From Candidatus Cloacimonadales bacterium (lineage in GTDB: Bacteria; Cloacimonadota; Cloacimonadia; Cloacimonadales; JAFGVF01): DNA of 64,000 bases. The stretch lies in assembly GCA_963677815.1 (NCBI GenBank), contig OY782499.1:536147-600146 (forward strand), read 5' to 3'. The notes beneath the pieces are model-generated. The model was not told the DNA's origin, did no database searches, and saw only the letters and a list, made by a program, of their open reading frames with translations. Position numbers and translations under genes: made by a program. Shown in pieces: positions 55,110-64,000 of the stretch. How positions within the stretch are numbered: the stretch's first letter is position 1; each line of letters starts with the position of its first letter.

Positions 55110-55748
55110 TTAGTTTCTATAATCAATAATTTGTGTATTCTCAGTAGTTTCAATCGACCAAGGTCCTCCTTCAGGACTGTCATTCAAAACTATGTTTGAG
55201 AAAACTATGGTAACACTATTTCCAGAGTCCCCTAAATATTTAACCTCTTCTACTAAATTACTTTCTTTATTTATCTTGAAATCAATGTTAAGAATATTAG
55301 CTAATGAATTAGCTTCAGATAGCTCAATATCTACTTTATAATAATCATCTTCTTCACTAATATTAACTAAATCATCTTTCCATACTTTTTGGATTAGATT
55401 TTCTAAGTTCAAAGATACAAAAGAAGAATCAGCATAAGTAATAATATAAACATCTTCTTCAACTTGGTAGTAATACACTAAGCTATCAACTAAAGAGATA
55501 ATTTCTTCTTTAGGACTTTGATAAGCTATATGTAAGTACCTTTTATCAAAGTATATTTTTCCAATAGCTTCATTGGTATAATCTGCATCAGCAAAATAAG
55601 AAGTATGATTAATATCAGCTTGAAAACTAGACATATCATTATATCTATTTACTAATTGTTCATAAAGTTGATGAGAAGATATTGCTAGCAAATTTGAAAA
55701 AACACTCAGCAATAGGATTATAGTTAGATTTGTTTTATTCAATACCAT
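55110..55748 (-). CDS. LolA-like outer-membrane lipoprotein carrier family protein
   Basis: Has a signal peptide, a LolA-like N-terminal region (YNDMSSFQADINHTSY) and the conserved position downstream of ftsK. Confidence 0.55.
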   Translation of the reverse strand: MVLNKTNLTIILLLSVFSNLLAISSHQLYEQLVNRYNDMSSFQADINHTSYFADADYTNEAIGKIYFDKRYLHIAYQSPKEEIISLVDSLVYYYQVEEDVYIITYADSSFVSLNLENLIQKVWKDDLVNISEEDDYYKVDIELSEANSLANILNIDFKINKESNLVEEVKYLGDSGNSVTIVFSNIVLNDSPEGGPWSIETTENTQIIDYRN

Positions 55749-58158
55749 ATATTTTGAGGTCCTCCAAACTAGCGATCACTTCTCTTGATTTAGAACCTTT
55801 GTGAGGTCCAACTATATTTGCCTGTTCTAGCATATCAATTAATCTTCCAGCTCTGGCATAACCAATTTTGAAGCTTCTTTGCAACATTGAAACAGATGCA
55901 ACATCTGATGTAACCACTAACCGAGCTGCTTCAATAAAAAGCTCATCATCATAATCGAAGACTTCTGCATCTTCAGGAGAAGCAACAATCTTCTCCATTC
56001 TAAAAGCTGGTTTTGGTTGCGTTTCCAAATATTCTATTATATCATTAATCTCATTATCAGCAACATAAGCTCCATGAATTCTTTGAATCTTACTAGTTCC
56101 AGGAGGAACAAAAAGCATATCCCCTTTACCTAAAAGCTTTTCAGCTCCCATCTCATCTAAGATAACCCTAGAGTCAACACGTGAAGATACCTGGAAGGCT
56201 ATTCTAGCAGGGAAGTTAGCTTTGATAACACCTGTAATAACCTTCATTGAAGGTCTTTGTGTTGCAAGAATTATATGCATACCAACAGCACGGGCCATTT
56301 GAGCTAACCTTGTAATTGGTACTTCAATCTCTTTACCAGCTGTCATTATCAAATCTGCAAACTCATCTACAATTATTACTATATATGGCATTTTATCATA
56401 TTGATTTTCTTCATCTTTCTTGAGCTTACTATTCATCTTTTCGACTTTTTTATTATAGCTAGCCATTTCTCGAACCTTAAGTTCTTGAAGTTGTCCATAC
56501 CTTCTTTCCATCTCTTCAACAGCCCATTTGAAGGTCTCTAACACCTCTTCTGGATCAGTTACTACATCAGTCCATAAATGAGGAATATTACCATAGCCGG
56601 CTAATTCTACTCGTTTTGGGTCTATAAGAATCATTCTTACTTCATCAGGACTAGTTCTTAAAAGAAGATTAACAATAATAGTATTAATACAAACCGACTT
56701 ACCAGAACCAGTAGCACCAGCTATTAGTAAATGGGGCATTTTCGCTAAATCAGCGACAACAGCTCTACCAGAAATATCTTTACCTAATCCTATTGCTAAC
56801 TTACTATCATTCTTCTCCATTTCTTCAGAAAGCATAATTTCTTTAAGATAAATAGTATCCCTGTGCTTATTAGGTATTTCTATACCCACTAATCCCCTAC
56901 CTGGAATCGGAGCTTGGATTCTTATTGAAGTTGCTTTTAAGGCAAGACCTAAGTCATCAGCATAAGAGTTAAATTTATTTACTTTAACCCCTGGAGCAGG
57001 TTTAAGCTCGTACTGAGTGATTATTGGACCTATATTAACGTTAACTACTTCTGCTTCAATACCAAATTCAGCTAGTTTTTCCTTAAGAATAGTCGATGTT
57101 TTCTTAATATTTGCTTCAATTTCATTTTTATCAAAATCTGTAATTCTTTTATCAATTGTCAAAAATTTATCAATACTTGGTTTAATATATTTTTCTAGAT
57201 CACCAGATTCGCCCTCAATATTAGCAGGTTTTTGCCTTTTAACTGAAACAAGTTTAGTCTCTTCAAACTGGTTAATTTTAAAATCTTCTTGATTTTTTCT
57301 AGGCTTGCTTTTTTCATTAATACTATCTTCCACAAAAACATCATCTTCATAATCAGCTTTTATATTTGATAAATCATGATGATTGTTTATTGCGATTTCA
57401 GGTTCAGCTTCAAGCTTTTTAGCTTTAGTTTTACTTTCAGCTTCCAAATCTTCTGCTTGATTAGATGTTTTTCTTCTATCTTTTTTTATTTCTGGGTCAT
57501 CAATATAATCATCTTCTTCATCATTATTTTTACGGAAAAATGGGAAAAGAAGTGCTTTACCAACTGCTATAAAAGTCGTCTTTACAGGTTCCCAACCAAA
57601 GATTAAGAGGATATCTAGAATAAGAGTAATTATTAGGAAAGCAGTTGTTCCATTAGCCCCAATAATCTTTATCAAGCCATTATTAATAGCAGAAGAAATT
57701 AGACCATTTATAACTGTAGGTGCTTCAATAAAGAAGTTTGTAAGCAGTAATTGAATAAAGAAAAAGAAACCCATTACTAAAGTAATATTATGCCTTAAAC
57801 TTGAATTTTTATTTCCAAACAGACCTATCAAATTCTTAATAATAAATCCTAGGAAAAGCACAATCACTAAATAATGACCTAATAGATAAGACAACCAATA
57901 TCCAAAAATAGCCCCTAAGGGACCAACATTGTTTACTAAATCCAGATTATTATTAAAAACAGATAGTAAGCCTTGGCTTTTAACTTGCTCTTGAATAAGA
58001 TTGAAATCATTTCTTAAATCATTATTCTTGATTATTAAAGCATAGATGATTAAAGAGCAAAATATAACAGAAAGAACTCTCAATATCTTAATTAATACAG
58101 CTCTATATTCGTGATTTGCTACCTTAGGAACTTCTTTTCTCTTCTTTTTTGCCATCAA
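55735..58158 (-). CDS. ftsK: DNA translocase FtsK/SpoIIIE
   Basis: Has N-terminal TM helices, Walker A AGATGSGKS, Walker B IVDEFADL and a C-terminal gamma wHTH domain. Confidence 0.93.
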   Translation of the reverse strand: MMAKKKRKEVPKVANHEYRAVLIKILRVLSVIFCSLIIYALIIKNNDLRNDFNLIQEQVKSQGLLSVFNNNLDLVNNVGPLGAIFGYWLSYLLGHYLVIVLFLGFIIKNLIGLFGNKNSSLRHNITLVMGFFFFIQLLLTNFFIEAPTVINGLISSAINNGLIKIIGANGTTAFLIITLILDILLIFGWEPVKTTFIAVGKALLFPFFRKNNDEEDDYIDDPEIKKDRRKTSNQAEDLEAESKTKAKKLEAEPEIAINNHHDLSNIKADYEDDVFVEDSINEKSKPRKNQEDFKINQFEETKLVSVKRQKPANIEGESGDLEKYIKPSIDKFLTIDKRITDFDKNEIEANIKKTSTILKEKLAEFGIEAEVVNVNIGPIITQYELKPAPGVKVNKFNSYADDLGLALKATSIRIQAPIPGRGLVGIEIPNKHRDTIYLKEIMLSEEMEKNDSKLAIGLGKDISGRAVVADLAKMPHLLIAGATGSGKSVCINTIIVNLLLRTSPDEVRMILIDPKRVELAGYGNIPHLWTDVVTDPEEVLETFKWAVEEMERRYGQLQELKVREMASYNKKVEKMNSKLKKDEENQYDKMPYIVIIVDEFADLIMTAGKEIEVPITRLAQMARAVGMHIILATQRPSMKVITGVIKANFPARIAFQVSSRVDSRVILDEMGAEKLLGKGDMLFVPPGTSKIQRIHGAYVADNEINDIIEYLETQPKPAFRMEKIVASPEDAEVFDYDDELFIEAARLVVTSDVASVSMLQRSFKIGYARAGRLIDMLEQANIVGPHKGSKSREVIASLEDLKIYGIE

Positions 58159-58171
58159 CTATTTCCTTCTT

Positions 58172-59251
58172 TTATACATTGAATCTAATGTTTAAAATAT
58201 CTCCATCTTTTACAATATAACTTTTACCTTCCAAACGGAAAAGTCCTTTATCTCGTAAAGCTTTTTCACTTCCCAAAGCCATTAAGTCTTCATAATTGAA
58301 ACATTCAGCTCTGATAAATCCTCTTGCTAAATCTGAATGTATCTTTCCTGCAGCCTCAACCGCATTAGCACCATTTTCTATAGTCCAAGCCCTAACTTCA
58401 TCACTGCCAACTGTAAAGAAACTTAAGTAACCTAGTATATCATAAGAGAATTTGGTTAATCTATCCCGAGCAGATTCGACTATTCCCATATCTTCCATAA
58501 AGACTTCTTTTTCTTCTTCATCAAGACCATTTAGCTCTGATTCAAATTTACCAGCAAACTCTAGAATTGGAAATTTCTTAGCTAAATCATCGATTATAGC
58601 TTGATTTTGACCATATTGATTTTCATCTGTATTTAAGATTACCAAGAGGGGTTTCTGACTTACAAACTGGAAACCTCTGATTGATTTCTCTTCTTCTTCA
58701 GGAAGTTCTAAAGTTCTTAGTGCTTTTTCATTATTCAAATGTTCAATAACACTATTTATCGCCTTCTCTTCTATCTGCAGAGCAGGTGTTTTGATACCTC
58801 TTTTGTAGCTTAAGGCTATTTTCTCTAATCTTTTCTCAGCAATTATTAAGTCAGAAATAATCATTTCTGCTTCGATTGTCTCAATCTCTGATAAGGGATC
58901 TGGACTACCATACATTTCATCCAAAACTGAATCAGAGAAATTTCTAACAACTAAAGCTAGGGCATCAGTATTCTTTAATAATACCATGCCTTGACCAGAC
59001 ATTAATTCTTGCTTTTGATCACTTTTATTTACTCCAGCAAAATCTATATATTCTATTGTTGCATAAACAGTCTTTTTAGGATTATACATCTCAGATAACT
59101 TAGTAATTCTTTCATCTACTACATTGATTATTGATTGATTTGGTTCTGATTCTCCTTGACTATAAGCAGAAACTTCAATATCCATACCTGTAAGAGCATT
59201 AAAAATTGTTGTTTTACCACTTTTAGGTAATCCTATTAATCCTATTCTCAT
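58172..59251 (-). CDS. ychF: Ribosome-binding ATPase YchF
   Basis: Has an Obg-like G domain (GLIGLPKSGKTT) and a C-terminal TGS-like YchF domain (FIRAEC...). Confidence 0.85.
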   Translation of the reverse strand: MRIGLIGLPKSGKTTIFNALTGMDIEVSAYSQGESEPNQSIINVVDERITKLSEMYNPKKTVYATIEYIDFAGVNKSDQKQELMSGQGMVLLKNTDALALVVRNFSDSVLDEMYGSPDPLSEIETIEAEMIISDLIIAEKRLEKIALSYKRGIKTPALQIEEKAINSVIEHLNNEKALRTLELPEEEEKSIRGFQFVSQKPLLVILNTDENQYGQNQAIIDDLAKKFPILEFAGKFESELNGLDEEEKEVFMEDMGIVESARDRLTKFSYDILGYLSFFTVGSDEVRAWTIENGANAVEAAGKIHSDLARGFIRAECFNYEDLMALGSEKALRDKGLFRLEGKSYIVKDGDILNIRFNV

Positions 59252-59254
59252 AAA

Positions 59255-59968
59255 CTATCCTCTATTATTTTTTAAATATATTATCTCTTGTCTTGTTAGG
59301 GCTCGCCAATGTCCTTGAGGTAATTGACCTAACTGTATCTGCCCTATTTGAGTCCTCTTCAAACTAAGAACTTTAAGTTCAACTGCTTCTAACATTCTTC
59401 TAATTTGTCTTTTCTTGCCTTCTTTTAGCACAAATTTCAATGATGTTTTTCTCTCACCATTTCTTCTAACGAATACTCCTGCAGGTTGAGTTACACCATC
59501 TCCGATATCAATTCCTTCCCTAAGTTGGGTTAGTTGGGATTTATTAACCTTTCCAGCTACTACAACTTGATATACTTTTTCTAGCTTATATTTAGGGTGC
59601 AAAATCTTGTTTATTAATTCTCCATCATTAGTTAGTAGTAACAAACCTTCAGAATCCTTATCTAAACGTCCAACTGGCTTAAGGAAATCAAGTTCTGCTG
59701 GTAGCATAGTATAAACTGTTCTCCTATCAAACTCATCAGATCTGGTTACAACTAAACCTTTAGGCTTATTAACCATTATATAAACAAGAGGTACATCCAG
59801 GGAAATTATTTGCCCATCTAATTGAATTTTATCCTCATGTTCAGCAATATCTGTAGCTAATTCTTGGCAGACCTTTCCATTTATCTTAACCTGCCCATTA
59901 AGAATATATTCCTCAGCTTTCCTTCTCGAACAACCAGTACTTTTTGCAATGAATTTATTTATTCTCAT
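59255..59968 (-). CDS. RsuA/RluB-family pseudouridine synthase
   Basis: Has an N-terminal S4 domain and the catalytic motif GRLDKDSEGLLLLTNDG. Confidence 0.88.
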   Translation of the reverse strand: MRINKFIAKSTGCSRRKAEEYILNGQVKINGKVCQELATDIAEHEDKIQLDGQIISLDVPLVYIMVNKPKGLVVTRSDEFDRRTVYTMLPAELDFLKPVGRLDKDSEGLLLLTNDGELINKILHPKYKLEKVYQVVVAGKVNKSQLTQLREGIDIGDGVTQPAGVFVRRNGERKTSLKFVLKEGKKRQIRRMLEAVELKVLSLKRTQIGQIQLGQLPQGHWRALTRQEIIYLKNNRG

Positions 59969-60478
59969 TTACCAATCTTCCAATGTGTTTTGTATAATTT
60001 TTGTGAAGAGGTCTTCAAAAATTCCCTCCTCTGCATCCTGCCTATTATCATATTCAGCAGAAGTTACAGCATTATTAACAGAATATCTCTTAAATAATGC
60101 TAGATTTTTATTCTCATATAGGACACTATCATTAACCAAATCAGTCATTTTTACTGAGAAGTTCATTTTAACTTGATATTCTTCAACATTGTTTGCTGAA
60201 TCTGAACTATAAATTATTTCCTCATAAAGAATAACAGCTGTTTCCAGTAGAACATCTGGACTCTCAGTTACAAGCAATAAACGTCCATCTCTTTGAAAAC
60301 TATCCGAAAGATATTCAAAGACTTCTAAATCAATATCACTTTCTGTAGTTTTATTTTCTACAGGTACTAATCGTATAGATTTTAGATAAGGATATTGATT
60401 TGTCCGAAATGAGTAAGAGCATCCGAACATTGCAATAAAACTAATTATTATAAAAATTTTAATAAATTTCTTGACCAT
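59969..60478 (-). CDS. Small lipoprotein, LptE-like (tentative)
   Basis: Has the lipobox AMFGC|SYSFR. Its size and beta-rich composition resemble LptE. Confidence 0.45.
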   Translation of the reverse strand: MVKKFIKIFIIISFIAMFGCSYSFRTNQYPYLKSIRLVPVENKTTESDIDLEVFEYLSDSFQRDGRLLLVTESPDVLLETAVILYEEIIYSSDSANNVEEYQVKMNFSVKMTDLVNDSVLYENKNLALFKRYSVNNAVTSAEYDNRQDAEEGIFEDLFTKIIQNTLEDW

Positions 60479-60589
60479 GTTTGTAAGGTCTATAAATTAT
60501 TGTATTTGTCAAGAAATAGTTTTTAATTGTATTTTTATAATTAATTCTTATTAATAAAATGTAATATTAAATAGATAATCGGAGGAAAA

Positions 60590-61246
60590 ATGGAGAAAAA
60601 GTTTCTGTCGAAAAGTGAAGCTGCAGAATACTTAAAAGTTACCGAAAGTGTTATTGATGAGATGATTTCACAGAAAGTTCTAGAAGTAAAAACTAGTGGA
60701 AAAACCATCAAGATTGATGTAAATTCTATTGATAGTTGGCTTGAAAGCCTAAATGAACAAGAGGTCAGAGATTTGGCCATGAAGAAGACAATCTGCCGTT
60801 TTAGAGAATATTTTAGAACAGAATGTATTTTCTTAGACTTTGAAGCCAAAACCAAATATGAAGCAATTCGCGTGATGTCAGAGAAAGCTAAAGAATTAAA
60901 GCTTGTTAAAGATGCTCGTTGGCTTTATGAAGTTGTAGTGGCTCGTGAAGAACTTGTTTCTACAGCAGTAGGAAATGGTGTTGCCCTTCTTCATCCAAGA
61001 CACCTTCACCCATCCAAAATTAAAAAACCTACTGTCCTCTTCGGAAGATGCCCTGAAGGTGTTGATTTTGATTCACCAGATGAAAAGCCAGTAACTCTTT
61101 TCTTTATGTTACTTTTACACGATGACAAACAGCATCTTTTCTCATTATCATATCTTTCCAAAGTTATGTTAAATGATGAGAACATCAAAATTCTTAATCA
61201 AACTAACGACATTAAAGAGATTCATTCTTTACTTGCAGATCTCTAG
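60590..61246 (+). CDS. Fusion protein: N-terminal excisionase/MerR-type HTH plus C-terminal PTS EIIA(Ntr/Fru)-type domain
   Basis: The N-terminus LSKSEAAEYLKVTESVIDEMI is HTH_17-like. The C-terminal part has the EIIA-2 phosphorylation-site-like motif GVALLHPRH. Confidence 0.7.
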   Translation: MEKKFLSKSEAAEYLKVTESVIDEMISQKVLEVKTSGKTIKIDVNSIDSWLESLNEQEVRDLAMKKTICRFREYFRTECIFLDFEAKTKYEAIRVMSEKAKELKLVKDARWLYEVVVAREELVSTAVGNGVALLHPRHLHPSKIKKPTVLFGRCPEGVDFDSPDEKPVTLFFMLLLHDDKQHLFSLSYLSKVMLNDENIKILNQTNDIKEIHSLLADL

Positions 61247-61352
61247 TCTATAATATTGTCTTTCAACACTTAAACGCTTACGCAAATAGTCTTTTTTAAA
61301 GTTTTTTCAACTAATTTTAAGACTTAGTATTATAATTATTTTATCATCTTAT

Positions 61353-61387
61353 ATAGCGAAGTGTTCATTCATTTCGCTATTTTTTTA
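61353..61387 (+). terminator. Hairpin plus T7 located 11 nt upstream of the radC start codon
   Basis: The stem atagcgaa/ttcgctat has a 12-nt loop and is followed by TTTTTTT. It lies 107 nt downstream of the HTH-EIIA stop. Confidence 0.65.
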
Positions 61388-61398
61388 CCAGAGGTTAT

Positions 61399-62094
61399 AT
61401 GCAAGATACAAAACTTCCTACAAAGGATTATCAAGTTGGTCACAAAAATAGAATACAAACACGCTATATGAATGAAAGTTTAGAGAACTTTCAGGCTCAT
61501 GAAATTTTAGAATTAATCCTCTCTTTAACTATTATTAGAAAAGATACCAAAGTGTTAGCAAAGACTTTACTAGCAACTTTTGGAGGTCTTAATTCGGTAA
61601 TGAATGCAACTGTTGAAGATCTGCAAGAGGTTACCGGAGTTGGTCTTAAGACGGCAACAACTATTAAGTTATTTAAAGATGTTAATGTATATCTGATGCG
61701 AGAACAAATGAATCGTATTCATATCTTTAAATCAGTTGAAGCTGTTCATAACTATCTCGTTTTAAAATATAGAGGTGTAAAGAATGAGGAATTTAGAGTA
61801 CTGTATGTAAATAGTAAAAATATCCTGTTAAAAGATGCTATAATATCAAAAGGTATTTCAACCAAAACCCTTATTGACTTTAGATTAATTGCTAAAGAAG
61901 TTTGTAATATTTCAGCTACTGGGGTTATCGTAGTTCATAATCATCCCTCTGGAGACTGTAAACCCTCTAATCAGGATATTACCACTACCAACAGTTTGAA
62001 GTCCTTTTTAAAGTACCTAAATGTTAGATTACTTGATCATTTTATAGTCGGTTATGATGAGATTTATTCTTTTGCTGAAGAAGGATTGATTTAG
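61399..62094 (+). CDS. radC: RadC-family JAB/MPN domain protein
   Basis: Has the JAMM motif HNHPSG...S..D and an N-terminal HhH region. Confidence 0.88.
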   Translation: MQDTKLPTKDYQVGHKNRIQTRYMNESLENFQAHEILELILSLTIIRKDTKVLAKTLLATFGGLNSVMNATVEDLQEVTGVGLKTATTIKLFKDVNVYLMREQMNRIHIFKSVEAVHNYLVLKYRGVKNEEFRVLYVNSKNILLKDAIISKGISTKTLIDFRLIAKEVCNISATGVIVVHNHPSGDCKPSNQDITTTNSLKSFLKYLNVRLLDHFIVGYDEIYSFAEEGLI

Positions 62095-62113
62095 TCTTTC
62101 ATTTTTATTCAAG

Positions 62114-62174
62114 TCCTCGATTGTTAGTCTCTCAATGAATTATTGGCTTTTTATTGAGAGACTAACAATCAAGA
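62114..62174 (+). repeat. R4 hairpin repeat, copy 3 (between convergent radC and htrA-like genes)
   Basis: An 18-bp perfect stem gattgttagtctctcaat/attgagagactaacaatc with loop gaattattggcttttt. Confidence 0.8.
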
Positions 62175-62195
62175 CACTATAATGATTAATATTAA

Positions 62196-63350
62196 CTATT
62201 TCAATTCTTCTATTTCATATATTATTTGCTTACTCTCATTGTTTCTAATAATATCAAGATATACCTGATCCCCAACAAAAATGTCAATCACAGCTAGATT
62301 TATATCATTCCTGTCAGTAAGCTCCACACCATTTATTCCAATTAATTTATCACCCAGTAACAGCCCAGCTTCTTTGCAAGCAGAATTATCTTTAATCTGT
62401 ACAACAGTTAGTTCTTGTTGATTGTTCGCTCTTGAAGAACTTGCTTGCACCTTGAAACCATAGTCAATTGTTCTTATCTTACCAAATTGTACAAGCTCAT
62501 ATACAACCTTTTTGACCCTGTTTATCGGAATCGCAAATCCAATGCCAACTGAACCTCCTGATTCAGATAGAATAAAAGTATTAATTCCAATAACTTGCCC
62601 ATTGACATTCACTAATGGTCCCCCACTATTACCAGGATTAATCGCAGCATCTGTTTGAATCATTCTCTTATAAATTTTATTATCACTTGTACTCGGATCT
62701 GAGAAGTTTCTATTTAAGGCTGAAATTACACCAAATGATAAAGTTGGTTTTGAGTCTTTAATTATAAAACTATAAGGATTACCTAGAGCTATCGCCCAAC
62801 GACCTATTTGTAGCTTATCTGAATCTGCTATTTCGGCACAATCATGATTATCTCCAGCTATTTTTAATACTGCTATATCATGTTCATCAGCTACTCCTAT
62901 CAGTTTAGCTTGACTATGTTGGCCATCATTAGCTACTACTGTTATTTCAATAGCCTTTTCAACAACATGGGCATTGGTTATTATATAGCCATCCTTAGTT
63001 ATTATTACTCCAGTTCCAACAGATTTAACATCTCTGTAACGTGGATAATAACCAAAGAATTGATCAAAGATTGAATAAGGTCTATTCCGCACACTTTCTC
63101 TCTTGAGAACATTAACAGATACAACAGCCTTGGAAATCTCTTGAGCTGATAAAACAATTTTACTTTCTAAATCTAATGCTGCAATTGAATCTTGCAAGAT
63201 AGCTGACTTGAAGGCATCAAATTCCTCTTGAGTAATATATTTATGCTTTTCTTCAGTTACTTCTTCCTTAAAGAAACCAATATATATCAAGACAACATTA
63301 AATATTATTGATATTGCTACTATATATATGGATGTTTTGCTATGTTTCAC
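62196..63350 (-). CDS. HtrA/DegP-family serine protease with one PDZ domain
   Basis: Has an N-terminal TM helix and the catalytic residues TNAHV, D and GNSGGPL. A PDZ-like C-terminus is present. Confidence 0.88.
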   Translation of the reverse strand: MKHSKTSIYIVAISIIFNVVLIYIGFFKEEVTEEKHKYITQEEFDAFKSAILQDSIAALDLESKIVLSAQEISKAVVSVNVLKRESVRNRPYSIFDQFFGYYPRYRDVKSVGTGVIITKDGYIITNAHVVEKAIEITVVANDGQHSQAKLIGVADEHDIAVLKIAGDNHDCAEIADSDKLQIGRWAIALGNPYSFIIKDSKPTLSFGVISALNRNFSDPSTSDNKIYKRMIQTDAAINPGNSGGPLVNVNGQVIGINTFILSESGGSVGIGFAIPINRVKKVVYELVQFGKIRTIDYGFKVQASSSRANNQQELTVVQIKDNSACKEAGLLLGDKLIGINGVELTDRNDINLAVIDIFVGDQVYLDIIRNNESKQIIYEIEELK

Positions 63351-63360
63351 GTGAAACCTC

Positions 63361-64000
63361 TTATAATATTTGTTTGATAATTGTCTTTATTTCATTAATA
63401 TCACAACTGGTATTGTAACATGGGCCATTTGGTCGGGTATTTAAAATCCCAATCACTGGCACTTTGTTTATATCTTTGATACCCTCAGTTAAATCCCTAT
63501 GACAAGCTACAGCAAGGATAATCTTAGGTCTAAGCTCAGTTATTATCTTCCTTGCAAGGGTCCCACCAGTCGCTATCTTGACTTCAATCCCAGTCTTAGT
63601 CTTAATATCTCTAAAATCCTGTATGACACATTTTCCACAAGCATGGCAATTATTAATATCATTCGTAACCTTATAAGGACATTGAGCATATTGTAGGCAA
63701 TGTGGAAGGAGTATCAAAATATCTTTCTTATCATATTTAGCTAATTGCTTTCGGGTTATACGATTATTGAAACTAATTAAATAATTAGTAATTTTGATGT
63801 AGGATTTGCTTTCACTGTTAAAAAACTTATGAACTAAGGGATAGATGAGCTGGTAAAAAAAATAATAGCTTATTTGTGGTAATACTAATAATCTTTTAGA
63901 TTTAACATTAAAGATAGAGATTATAATACCAAATGTTATCAGAGCTAATAAGGTCCAGCTAGTATATATTATATGTTCTATTCTTATTTCAAATAATGAG
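63361..64000 (-). CDS. DUF116-family membrane protein (5' end beyond the right window edge)
   Basis: The Cys-rich C-terminal domain reads LLPHCLQYAQCPYK...CHACGKC...AVACHRDL. The track start at 63717 is an internal TTG. My translation shows the frame stays open to position 64000 and includes a TM segment WTLLALITFGIIISIF. Confidence 0.7.
   Translation of the reverse strand, partial: SLFEIRIEHIIYTSWTLLALITFGIIISIFNVKSKRLLVLPQISYYFFYQLIYPLVHKFFNSESKSYIKITNYLISFNNRITRKQLAKYDKKDILILLPHCLQYAQCPYKVTNDINNCHACGKCVIQDFRDIKTKTGIEVKIATGGTLARKIITELRPKIILAVACHRDLTEGIKDINKVPVIGILNTRPNGPCYNTSCDINEIKTIIKQIL

Overview
This is a visibly AT-rich bacterial chromosomal segment. I called about 57 CDS and one SRP RNA. 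I found no rRNA, tRNA, CRISPR array, transposase, integrase or reverse transcriptase.

Gene content: Most genes are housekeeping: pilT and a pilin, EF-G, gap-fba, eno, recN-nadK-rsgA, ftsK-lolA-like, ychF, an AddAB-like helicase-nuclease pair, and an Rrf2-nifS-iscU operon. Lysine-fermentation genes sit at two separate loci, kamD-kamE at 13.2-15.5 kb and kdd-kamA at 42.4-44.7 kb. Four secreted proteins carry T9SS/Por-type C-terminal sorting domains. Together this suggests an anaerobic, amino-acid-fermenting member of the FCB group, for example Cloacimonadota. That taxonomic guess is inference only.

Most unusual signal (non-coding): Several oversized ORF-free islands occur at 15.53-15.83, 19.46-20.15, 39.26-40.17, 44.68-45.44, 48.25-48.74 and 49.45-49.99 kb, mostly next to the T9SS-cargo genes. 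They are mosaics of GC-enriched, hairpin-forming repeat families.
- R2 is a 58-83 nt two/three-hairpin motif with 5 instances. It keeps conserved loops while the stem sequences differ in a base-pair-preserving way.
- R1 is a 165-220 nt imperfect long palindrome with 3 instances. It has strand-asymmetric G-U positions and two compensatory pair swaps. Two copies abut the start codons of minus-strand genes.
- R3 is a 78-nt repeat, about 90% identical between copies, found upstream of two cargo genes.
- R4 is a roughly 60-nt hairpin with a conserved loop, with 3 instances.
- Smaller palindromic modules and a 25-nt inverted-repeat pair are also present.

Interpretation: These could be a new structured-RNA family or a REP/BIME-like or MITE-like mosaic system. 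I cannot decide between these without genome-wide counts and transcript data.

Method: All coordinates and alignments were derived by eye from the sequence. No database search was run.
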